Positions 11,981 to 64,000 of a DNA stretch of 64,000 nt are shown piece after piece. The position numbers and the translations under genes are program-made. The stretch is from NCBI GenBank assembly GCA_051294375.1, contig CM119263.1, forward strand, positions 30,034,099-30,098,098, given 5' to 3'. The DNA is from Paraspadella gotoi (taxonomy: Eukaryota > Animalia > Chaetognatha). Under the pieces are notes generated by a model. That model was not told the origin of the DNA. It saw only the letters and a list, made by a program, of their open reading frames with translations, and did no database searches. Positions within the stretch are counted from its first letter, which is position 1. Each line of letters begins with the position of its first letter.

Positions 11981-14900
11981 GTTCTTGTGGAGCTAAATCT
12001 CCCTCACTCCATTTCTTCGTTTCCGCCTCATCCGCGTCCAGGCCGTGATTGTCTAAAGCTTCCACGTGAATGTGTTCGAACCTGAAATAAAGCTTGGCTC
12101 TACTTTTGCCCGTCGGGGGCGAAGCTTGGCTCCTGTTTTTTTGGCCTGGGTCAAAGCTTGTTTTCCCTTTTCCGGAAGGCTTAAAGCTGGCCTTCTATAT
12201 TTCGGCCCGGGTCAAAGCTTGGCTTCTATTTTATTTTTTTGGGCCGGCCCGGATTATTTTGAAAGAAGTATTCAAGATACAAGATTAACGATTGGGAGTA
12301 CATTGCCATTGGTAACATACTTAGTAAAAACATGGAATACACAGCAGTGCCGCTTAAAAGATAAGATAAGATCACAGCTTGGCGCTGCATCATTGCCATT
12401 GGCCAAGCCTTAGCGCGGCACAACTCTCTCAAAAAAATAACACTTCTTCATTAAGAGAAAGAGAATCGAAAGGAAGGCGTAATTAAGGAAAATTGGGAAA
12501 AAGGGGGGGAAGAAAAGGAGTTTTGCGATATTATACCAAAGGAAATGGTCAGAATGAGAAATTTTAAATTTTGGTCAAAGTGGATCTTTTCTTAGAAAAC
12601 ACTGTTCTTCTCCCCCCCTCCCAGAAGGGGCGGTTTTGAAGGGAGGTGGTTGACTATTGTACATTACGAGCCACAAGAAATGCTGAGAGGACCTAAGACG
12701 GGATCTTGGGGTGGCGAAATGGGGGAGAAAGCGGGGGGGGAGTTAGGCTGTGGCCCGGGTTCGGTTCCCCCACTTTCTCACCCCGATGGGATCGAGCCCC
12801 GAAAACGGCAGCAGCCTTTGCGTCATTTTCTGGCTTCAGCCCGAGAATCGTTGATGAGGAAGGAGGAGGAAGAGGAGAAGGAAGAGGAAGAAAAGGGGTA
12901 AGAGGAGGAGGAGGAAGAGGAGAAAGAAGTGAAAAGGAAGAGGAGGGGGAAGAGGAGAAGGAGGAAGAAGAGGAGAAAGAGGAGAAGGAAGAGGAAGATG
13001 AATAAAAGGAGAGAGGAAATAGGGAGGAGAAGAAAAAGAGATGGAGGGAGAGAAGAGGAGAAAGAGGAAGATGAAGAAAGAGAAATAGAAAGAAATGGAG
13101 GAAGAAAAAGGAGGGGAGGAAAGAAAGGAGGAGGAGGAGGAGGAGGAAGAGGAGTAGGATGAGGAGGAAAGACTATGTCGATGTAATTTCCCTCAAAATG
13201 AACCAGATCGATTTTTTTTGTCAAAACATTCAGTTTCTCTCTCCGACAATTTTTTTTCTCCTTTTCTTCCAAAAAATTCTGCGCAGTCGTCTCTCGTTCC
13301 TTTTCCTTAAAAACTGAATCCTCCTTTTCTCTTTTTCTTCTCTCTTCCTTTTCCTTTTCTTTTACTTCTTTTCCCTTTTTTCTTCTCTCTTTTCTTTTTT
13401 CCTTTTCTTTTTCTTATTTTCTTTTTTTTTCTTCTCTCTTCCTTTTTCCTTTTCTTTTTCTTCTTTTCCTTTTTTTCTTCTCTATTCCTTTTTCCTTTTC
13501 TTTTTCTTCTTTTCTTTTCGCCTTTTATCTTTCTATTTATTCTTCTCTTCCTTTCTGAATTTCTAATTTTTAATCTTCTTTATTTTTCTCTGACCTTTTC
13601 TTTATTTTTTACCTTATTACTATTCTAACCTCCTCGTACTAACCTTCGTTTCCACACTTTCTATCTCTTCCTCCTCCTCCCCCTGCTCCTCTTCCCCCTC
13701 CCTCTCCCCCCCTTTCTACCCGCCCCCCCAAATACCGGATGGATGGAATTAGTTCAGACTCGATCTTTCCTACTTTTTCTCCGGTTTTTTTTATTTCACT
13801 CATTTTTTTTTTCTTTCTTCTTTTATTTTCTTTTTTTCTCTTTCCTTTTTTTTCACTTGGTTTCTTTTCTTTTCTTATAATATCATTATTTTATATATTT
13901 CAAAAGAAAATGGTATAACCTGATAAGATATCTTGCCCCAGACTTTTGACTGGCCATAATTCTTCTTACAAGATTTTTTACAAAAATTTTAAAATATTTT
14001 TTTCACAAGATATTTTACTTTTTTGATTTTAATTTTTATGTCTTTCTCGAAACTGTCCCCCCCAGGTCCAACTCTTTCTTCTTTTCCCGATTATATATTT
14101 TTTTTTGTCTTTCTTAAATCCCCTCGACCTTTTTTTCCTTCTTTCCTTTCCTCCCTTTCCTCCCTTCCTTTTCTTTCCTCCGTCAACTTCAAATCTTTTC
14201 CCAATCATTACTTTACGACCGCAATAATTTTCCTTCTGGTTTTTCTCCATAAAAATCCTGATCCGATGGAAACTCACGTCTTGGGCTCTCTTTTCCGAGA
14301 ATGCCCCATTTCTGTTCGTTTATCTTATAATTTAATTTTAGTTTTAATATTCAACTTAAACATATTCTTACATTTAAACTAATCCCTAACCCAAATCTCT
14401 AACTCTAACCTTATCCTAAACCCTGACCCCGAAACCTTATCCCTAATTTTTAACCCTAGCCTCACCCAAATGCTAATCTCTAACCCACATGCTAATCTTT
14501 AACCCAAATGCTAATCTCTAACCCAAATGCTAATCTCTAATCCCTAATCCTTAACCCTGATTACAAACAAAGTCCCTAACCTAAATCACTAACCTAATGT
14601 AATCCTTAACCTAAATTATTAACCCAATTTCTAATTTAAGATAAAATGGGGCGTTCTGAGAAAATAAGGCAGATATTTTTTTTCTTTTGTTTTTGCAGAT
14701 TTGTATTCCTTTTTTTTTTTTTGCGTCTTGCGACTCGTGATTTGTGTATTTTAACTTTGGGACATTCGTTTCATTTTTGAGTTTTGTTTTGTCAGTTTTT
14801 CAATCGTTTATCTTTGTCTCTTTTCGGTGAAGTATAATGCTGTACGAGACAAATACTATTATTATTACTTCGTGAATAAAAAAACAGAGAACGTAGTATA

Positions 14901-15347
14901 TCCGTTTAGGGTCACTCGCAAGTCAGAAAAAGATGTGGATTGGGATAGAACCTTGGACCTTCTGTTCACTAGACGGTGGCCATCTGGTCGTGACTGGAAG
15001 AAGCTGAGGAGTTTCCCCAATAAGAATGTATATAAAATTACATGCCGTATGTTCTAACAAAGATCTTTCTTCCGTTATTCGTTCGTTATTTACGAACTAC
15101 ATTTCCAACCGAAACCGAAAATAAAACCCATGACTCCATCTTTGAACAAAAGAAGAAACGCATTCACGGATCCAAGCTTAATTTCGACCTTCGTGAAAAA
15201 CGACGCAATCTTCACAAATGACTAAAGTTGTATTATTCTCTTCTACATTTAATTAATTAATTTAATCTAAGAATTAATTAATTTAATCTAAGAATTAATT
15301 AATTTAATCTAAGAATTAATTAATTCCTTCTTCTCCAAAACGTTTTT

Positions 15348-48085
<32,738 letters not shown>

Positions 48086-48523
48086 CGGGGATCGACCGAA
48101 GATAGAAGGAGGTCGAGAGCCGCGACGGGCTGTGGAGTCGCAGTCTGAACATAACGAAAGATCAATCAATCAATCAATCAATCAAATCCGTCAAGAATTC
48201 AATCAAATCTATGCTTTACATCATTCTGATAATTTATTAATCAATAAATCAATTGAATGGGTAATTAAACAAACAGATATTAGTTAAAATCCAATGTATT
48301 AAGCAATCAATATATAACTTAACTAAATCAATTAATTCATCCATTAAATAAGTCCATTAGCGATCATTTAGTCACTCCAATCAATCAATCAATCATTTTC
48401 ACTAAAACCAAAAAACCAAGTTGAGCTTAAGCTCTGACGCTTATCGGATAAGTTATCCTCTATTTTGTTTGCCTCTGCTTCTCCCTCTTATTCCCTTTGC
48501 TAATTAATAAATAATAAGGTACC

Positions 48524-48588
<65 letters not shown>

Positions 48589-49473
48589 CTCTTATCATAG
48601 TTTCGCTCCTTCCATTTTCTTCTCTCTTTTTCGTCCAAATCTTAATTCATTTTCTTTTCGCCCAAGAATAATTTCTGGCGTCTCCGACCAACGAATCTAA
48701 TAAAAAGTATTTGTATTTGTTGTTAGCATTTATCTTCAAACATGACACAACATGTTACAACCTATATAAAAAAAAAATTATCAATTCATTACACAATTAA
48801 GCTATCTTGCCCATGACTTTGGACAGTAGAAACTACATATCAACGTAAGTGAACTGAGGTGACGTAATGTAATGAGTTATTACTTCATATCGATAACTGC
48901 AATGTAACGGAAAGTCAAAATATTTTTAACTAAAAACCTCCCGTCCACTCGTTGGATCAATCAATCAATCGATCAATCACGTCAATCAAAGCCTGTTTTC
49001 TGACTCCTGTCAAGGATCAAAGTTTTTTCTCCCTCTCAGGTATTTCTTGTCCACCTTTTATCACTTTGTCCAACTATTCCACCTTATTTTTGGCTTTTTT
49101 GTCCTCTTTTCCACGTTATCTTTATTACCCTGATTTTTTGTCCAATTCTTTGTCATTCAAAATCATCGTTGACACTTTCTTCACTTTGTCTTTCTGTCCC
49201 TTCGTTTTTTTGCTATGTCCTTTTAGTCCATCGTTGTCCTTCTCATCCACCTTCTTCCCTTTTTCGTCCCCTTTGTCCCTCTTGTCCACCTTCTTCCCTT
49301 TGTCGTCCCTTTTGTCCTTCATGTCCACCTTCTTCCCTTTGTCCTCCCCTTTGTCCCGTCTCACAAAAGCCGCGGCAAAGAAATTGGTTGTCGTTTTCTG
49401 CCTCCGGGAAATTTTATGTCACCATCGGGGACAAGAAGGGATTTCAGTGGGAGAGAGAGAGAGAGAGAGACAT

Positions 49474-49509
<36 letters not shown>

Positions 49510-49731
49510 CGGGTAAGAAAATGATTTTTAAGAGAGTGTTGAAGGAAATAGAGTTTTTACACGATCAGGAAATTAGGAAAATGGAAGAAAAAATTGAAAG
49601 GAAGGTAGTAAGTAAAAGTAGAATATAAAAATATAAGAATTAAACGAGATTATTACATTTTTGTTTTTGTTTTTGATTTTAAAAGCGAAAAGCGGAAAAT
49701 ATAAGTCGATTCGATTTCAAAACGAAAAAAA

Positions 49732-51292
49732 AAAGTTTGAGCAAACAATGTCGGATTTGCCCACGATCATTAGCGGTATTTAATTAATAAATTAATTAAT
49801 TTGATCCGAAATGTTTGTTTTAGGGTCTTTTCGTCACTGACCACGACAAAAGCAACGACGTCGATGATGTCGACGACGACAATAATGCCGATAATGATTG
49901 ACTTGATTGATTGATTGATTGATTGAAATATGATGATGATTGTTGAGTTATTGGCTGATTTATATTGATTGGAAAATATTAATTTAATTAACTATTAGAC
50001 TAATTGTTAATTAACTGTTTAATTATTTGTTATTAATTAATACATCTTGTATTTACATATAATATAAAAAGAAAAGGAAGAAAAATCATTAGTGAACACG
50101 TTTTTTGTTTTTTTCATTTAAAACTCATTTCCACTCGGGACGTATTCTCCTCAAAGACTTTTCATATCCAACACACTTCCCTACCCACACACAAAATATC
50201 AGTCCGACTTATTTATTTAGAAATAAACCGCCCCTCGCCAGGATTCGATCCTGGCTCCTGGACTAGCGATCGCTTGTCTGGAAATTAAAGCCAGAGGCTA
50301 CCCAGACAACTGAAAAATCAAATTCGAATTCTCCTATTTATAACTTTAAAACAGATTCGAATCTTTTGTTTTACTCAGAATTAATCTGTTTCAACAGAGG
50401 GCTCTCTGTTAAAACCTTTTATATTTGTTAAGATTTTGTTTACCTTTTGAATCTTTAACTGAATAATTTCAGTCTTGATATCTCAGCTCAAGATAAAATC
50501 AAAGATCTTAAATTTGTTAATTCGATTATATAAAAAATCGATCATCTTGAATTAAATAATACTTTTACCTCACTCAAAACAAAACCTTGTTTTTATTATA
50601 ATCATCTAAATGTAATAAGTACATTATAAGAAAGATGAATTAAACTAAATGAAGTGAATGAAATAAATCAATTCAACATCGATGAAACAAGTCTCTGAAA
50701 TAAACCGACTTTTTAATCTGTGAAAGTAATCGATAATAAATAATCAATTAAAAGATTAATTCTACAACGCCAACCTTCCCTGCAACGCTCCTACTAATCA
50801 TAGTAATGATCCTCATCAACGTCTTAGGACTCTGACGTTCAGTTGCCAGTCCCTTCGTCACGCTGTGGCTAGACTCAGTCAACCTGCCACAACTAATTGA
50901 TTAATTAACTGATTAATTATTTGATTAATTAATACATCTTGTATTTACATATAATATAAAAAGAAAAAGAAGAAAAATCAATTAGTGAAACAGTTTTTTG
51001 TTTTTCCATTTAAACTCATTCCACTCGGACGATTCCCTCAAAACTTCATATCCAACACACTTCCCTACCCACACAGCAAAATTTCATTACAATCCATCCA
51101 TCCAATCACGAATAATTGAAGTTTTTTGCTAAGGTGGGACGGACGGATGGACAGACGGACGGACATCCTTTTTTTTTTTGCCAAATTTATCATAATTCGA
51201 TGTTTTGACAGGATTTAAGTGAATACCCGACAAGATTTAGGGGGCGGACCGACGGACCGACAAAGTGAATTATAAAGTCGGGATCCCACTAA
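49732..51292 (-). mobile_element. Helentron/HINE-like element with an internal ~170-bp duplication flanking a ~700-bp insert
   Basis: aagtttgagcaaacaatgtcggatttgccc end; 50030-50197 is repeated at 50925-51080; (GGAC)n and 5' end near 51290. Confidence 0.65.
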
Positions 51293-52802
51293 AAAATGTT
51301 AGAAAAAAAAAGTGATTTTCTGTTTCTTTTGAAGATAAGCCGAGAGGAAAAATGGAGGAAGAGGAATTAGTCAATGTTGTTGTTCTCGTTGTTGTTGTCG
51401 TTGTTATGCGCAATGGAACAACGAATTGAGCCGGAAGTGAAAGGGGGGCGGAGAAAGAGAGAGACAGGAGGAGGAGGAGGAGGCGCAGGGGCTCGATAAC
51501 TCTCTCGGCTCAATGGGAGAATTAAGGATGAAGAAACTTGAAGGAATAATTTCATTTCCCTTTATTCTCAATTACATCCGGATATAACATTTATCAATCT
51601 TTATCAATTATTAATATAAGTTGACCATGTAACAGCATTTCATAACAAATCTCTCATTTTACATAAACGAACCTAAAAAAAAAATAATTCCCGTGACTAA
51701 TTATGTCATCGATCCTCAACGAACGAGAGTCGATCCGTCTCGGGTCTCCATGGAAAACGGATAATCGGAAATAAACGGACGAACGGACGAACGGACTTTG
51801 CATTAATTTCTTTCTCTGACTCTGAATTATCGTTCGTCGATATGAGCGAAGACGAATGACGTCCAAATGACGGATGTGAAATTGGTGACGGTTTGACGGG
51901 GATGACAGTTGACGATGATGACAATGACGATCCAAAATGACAGTCCGACTGACAAATATAGTTAATGTCTTTCGTCAAGTTTATACCGCGTAAAACGATT
52001 ATCTAATTGAACATAATGGGAAAAAAAAATTTAATGGTTGGCCCCTCTACTATCTGCTATGCTCTTCTAACTTCTAACTTTATCGTATCCTAATTTATTT
52101 AAACTTTATCTAAACTGACCTAACTTGGAATATAACCTAACCTAGACCCGCTCTCTCTCAGCCTCAATTACCTTTCTTTTCTTTAGTCCTTTTGTTCTTC
52201 TGTTCTTTAGTCTTTTTGTTCTTCTGTTCTTTAGTCCTTTTGTTCTTTTGTTCTTCAATTCGGTATGTTCTTTTGTTTTATTTTTTGTTTTTTTTAATCC
52301 AATTTTTACGCTCGAATTTTTTTTCTCTTCATCGTCAAAAACTTAAAAACTAAATTCGCTAAACTCGTGATTTTTTACTTCAGATTTTTTTGGAGAAAAA
52401 TCGAACGATCGAAATTTAAAATCGATGAATCCAGGGTTTTTTTATGAAAACATTTACATTTACCTTTTTAATTATTAATCCAAAATAGTATTACCATATC
52501 AAAAATTACAAAATTACAAAATTACAAAGTTTCAAATTTTATAAGAATTTAAAAAAAAATTCACTAAAAATTTTAAAAATGATAATTTGCTAAATGATGA
52601 TAAAATATATGTTTTAATACATCTCATGTTTATTTTAATTTTATTTTTTTTGTCTCTATTCATCGACTCGTCCATAGGAAATAAAATTCCATTTTATTCT
52701 GCTTATGACATTTTTCCTATGACATTTGACCGCCTTGTGAGAATGAAATTTGTAAATGACATGAGTCGGTCAAGGGTCCCGAAAAGTTAGAGACAATTTA
52801 TT

Positions 52803-52857
<55 letters not shown>

Positions 52858-53617
52858 TCTTTCTTTAGTTCATTTTTAGTTTCTATTCATAATTTTCCTC
52901 CTTTTTCTATTTCTCTCTCTCTCCCTCTTTATTTTTAAAATTAATTTATATTTTTTTAACTTAAAACTTAAAGGTTTACCAAAGAGAAATTAAGTTTTGG
53001 AGTCATTTGAGATCTTTTTAGTCTTTAACTCGTTTAAGCCCAATTTAAGTTTTTTGGCTCTCGCTACGAAGGCGAAGAAAATACAGTTTTCCTATTTCAT
53101 ATTTTACTTTTATTATACTTTTTTATTTTATATAAAAAATGAGCCTAGCAGACGCAATTAACATTTAAATTATTCAAGTCTGATTTTCAGGAGGCGTTTT
53201 GTCTTTAATATCGTCATCGTCGTCTTCATTCTTATCGTCGTCGTCGTCGTCGTCGTCTTAATCGTCGTCTTCATCGTCGTCTTCATCCTTATCGTCGTCG
53301 TCTTCATCGTCGTCATCATCCTTATCGTCTTCGTCGTCGTCGTCGTTATCATCTCTACCGGAAGAAACCGACGATAATAAAAGAAATTAATGACACTTCA
53401 TCTTTTGTCTTCTGCGACGAAAATATCGTTACCATCGTCGTCGTCGTCGTCGTCCTTCGCGGTGCGTGCGGTGGCGGAGGCGTCGTCGTCGTGCGTGTCG
53501 TCGGCGTGTTGGCGTCAAAGAAAAGCTCGTTTACATCTTTCCGTTTCTTTTCCAATTAACGTGTCCGACTGTCTGTCAGTCAGTATTTCTCTCCTCTCTC
53601 TCTCTCCTCTCTCTTCT

Positions 53618-53663
<46 letters not shown>

Positions 53664-54718
53664 TCTCATCTCACGCTCTCCTCTTTTGCACTTTCTGATT
53701 CAACTCCCCCCCCATTTTGCTCATTCCAGTTCGTCTCCATCGTCTTCGCGACGAAATGTCGTCTCAGCGGCGAAAAGGCGAAATCGTCGTCGTCTTCGTC
53801 GTCAATTTTCGTCGTAAGACGTTTTCGTCTTCAGACACAGACGTTGACGACGAACTCGCGCCATCTATGGATCAAAATATGCCATCTGTGAACAAAAACT
53901 CGTCATCTGTAGTCCAAAACTGTTCACCATCTGTTACAGATGACAGAATTGCTTGGATCCCTTCGACCGTAGACAATACAATCACGGGATTTCACGTTCA
54001 CAAATCAAAGTCACACAAATCTTCGACGTCTCACTTCGTCAAATCTCACGCGTCCCTTTTCGTCGTCATGGCAACGCCCACTTCGGCTCAATCCTCTCTC
54101 ACGGATGGAAAGAGTTTTTGTAACGGATTTAGCCCCCCGGATGTAATTAAATTCCTTTGTAGATTCTCGGAAATCCCGTATGTAAAAAGTTTCGTCGCGA
54201 CGGACATCATAAACCCGAGAACAAATATTTCCCATCGGATTTTCGTTTCCTTCTTCCCGGATTTTCGCCCGGATGTAATCAAAACAACGTCATTAATTTT
54301 CCCGGATGTAACTAAAATGCCCGGGGATGTAGTTCATTTGCTCGCGTCATTTCTGTCCCTGATGTAACTAATCTTTACAAAACACGGATGTAATCCAAAT
54401 AACGACGTTATTAATTTATCCGGATGTAACTTATTTTTTGCTTCATTTTCTCGAGAGAATGTAGTTGTTTCGCTCGCGTCGTCTCTTGTCTCGGATGTTA
54501 TTAATTCTGTTCAAAACCCGGATCTAAATCCATCTAATGGCCTGGAATTATTGTCCTCACAAAACCCGGGCGTAATTAATTCCTTCAAAAACCGGGATGT
54601 AATTGACGTCCCTTCACTTCCTCGTCTTTTCCCCGCCTTCGCTTCGTTTCGATGCCACACGACTCGTTCCATCGATGTCTCGCCATCACTGGCAGAGTCG
54701 GTTCATGTGCCATCCCTG

Positions 54719-62301
<7,583 letters not shown>

Positions 62302-63797
62302 GTGACTCGTGTCTCCCTCTCTCAGACGATGGACTTCATCAAACAAAAGATCGCCTTTTCACGCCGAAATGGGGGGCAGTAAGGGGTAAGAGGGTTGTAA
62401 AGGGTGGAAGGGTGGATAATAGGGGGGTGGAGTAGGGAGGGGAGTTCGTAAGGGGTAGCCGTCTCAAATGGGTTTGTGTTCTTTAATCTCATTTACATAT
62501 TGTAGCTGTTTAGATTATTTCTCGTAGAAATCTCATTTTAATATTTTCGGGATACTTTTAATTAAGCACTCAGTAATCTTATGTAATACCATTTATAATA
62601 CAATAAACGACAATCGAATATGTCGAATAATCGAATCGAGTATTGGGGGGGCAGTTAAGGTCCAAGGGGGCTAAAGATTTGGGATGTACGAAGGGGTTAA
62701 AAGGATGAGGACAGTCAAGGGGAGGAGAAAATGGAGGGGCAAGTAAGGGATAGAGAGATTCAAAGGCTAATCAGTGGAAGAGGAACGAGAGCTAATGAGG
62801 GGCAATAAGGTGTAGACTTTAGAGAATTTGGGGGGTAAAGGGAGGAAAGAATTAGGGGTACATGTCAAGGAGTAAAGGTGGGAAAGGAGTCAGACACGAG
62901 CAGATATGAATATGACGAACAGATAAGACAGAAAATAAATAATCGTCTTGCGACAGTCGCCAACGCCATCTATCGTTGGTTCTCGACGCAATGTGAAATC
63001 CCTGCAATCGCCAACGGAACTCACTAATGTCGTTATTTCATGCGTCATTTGTGACCGAATGCGTTATACTTGGGGTTGGATGAAAGCGAAGCCATTGCGA
63101 GGCTTTTCTGCCAATGAGATCCGTGACCATTGATGCAAATTGCAGTTTCTCGTTTGTTCGTTTGGAAATGGACTCCGTTTGCCGCTCGTTTGGTCGTCAG
63201 CAACGAGTCTATCTGCCGTTTTATTGGCTATTTGTTATCATTGATTGGAGGACAGAAGTAAATATCATTTACATGTTGCGAATTAAGTTAAAGAAAATCT
63301 AGTCGAGTCTAGTTATACTTAAAAACATTCTTAGTTGCGATCACTGAAGGGAAAAACGAAATATTGGATGAGCTGAGGCCGATTCTTTGAAGAAAATGGG
63401 TATCATAAATCATAAATATTTAAAGCAAAAAAATGTTTAAGAAATGGAATAGAACGAATAGTAATACAAAATTTAGGTTTTAAAAGGTTACACTTACAGT
63501 AAACTAAATAAAATATGAAGGTGAAATGAATGATGCTATGAAAACTTTCTCAGACAAATTACTGAAAATGATCATGTCTATAAATAAAATAAATACAGTA
63601 TAATACTTTTTTCGCAATCCGAATTTCGTTATAAACCAACCTCAATTTCCTCTCAGCACGCCAACTATTTTTTTTCCTTTTATTTTTTCTCCTTAATCAA
63701 TTTTTTTTTCAAAAAATATCTTTTCTTATCTCCCGAACTTTCAACCTCGGGTCTGAGAAAAGCTTTTAAGAAACCAAAAAATGACATCCATCTTTAT

Positions 63798-63844
<47 letters not shown>

Positions 63845-64000
63845 CAATCAGATTCTTGAGATAACAAAAAAAAACTCTATAGTCTTCGAGTAATGTCGGG
63901 GGGAAATAATGCTCCAGAGAAGGAGGGAGGATCGTCTCAATTGGAGCTTTTTGATAGAGTCGTTTTTTTATTCACTGGATCAGTATACAACCTTAAGTTT

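Noticed and set aside
14380-14630. Interstitial telomere
   Set aside because: Highly degenerate TAACCC-like tract with no perfect run
14930-14975. tRNA gene (B-box-like segment; also 19860-19915)
   Set aside because: No cloverleaf can be folded; at most SINE remnants

Overview
Eukaryotic (invertebrate-like) draft-assembly DNA: AT-rich, dense in (AG)n/(AAT)n/(GAT)n microsatellites, with several N gaps. Most ORFs in the track are repeat artefacts. I reconstructed four spliced genes by hand. (1) The 5' part of an otoferlin/ferlin-like gene (C2A domain plus acidic linker, minus strand, 294-5519, running off the left edge). (2) A nearly complete flavin-containing monooxygenase (FMO) on the minus strand (15348-48085), with a GC-AG intron, acidic inserts and a Cys-rich N-terminus. 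(3) An XK-related (Xkr-like) multi-pass membrane gene nested antisense in the ~18 kb FMO intron, with a disrupted 5' part. (4) The first three exons of a group I-like metabotropic glutamate receptor (plus strand, from ~54.7 kb). Mobile DNA includes a solo LTR with a 5-bp TSD, several Helentron/HINE-like elements, a TTAA-flanked foldback MITE, and degraded Penelope-type minimal hammerhead ribozyme motifs. There is also an unclassified ~320-bp element, found as tandem arrays and as dispersed copies that all share one exact end. Duplications next to 25-N gaps, including a 4.8 kb inverted duplication at 57.8-62.6 kb, are probably gap-filling artefacts. All family calls come from motif recognition; no database search was run.
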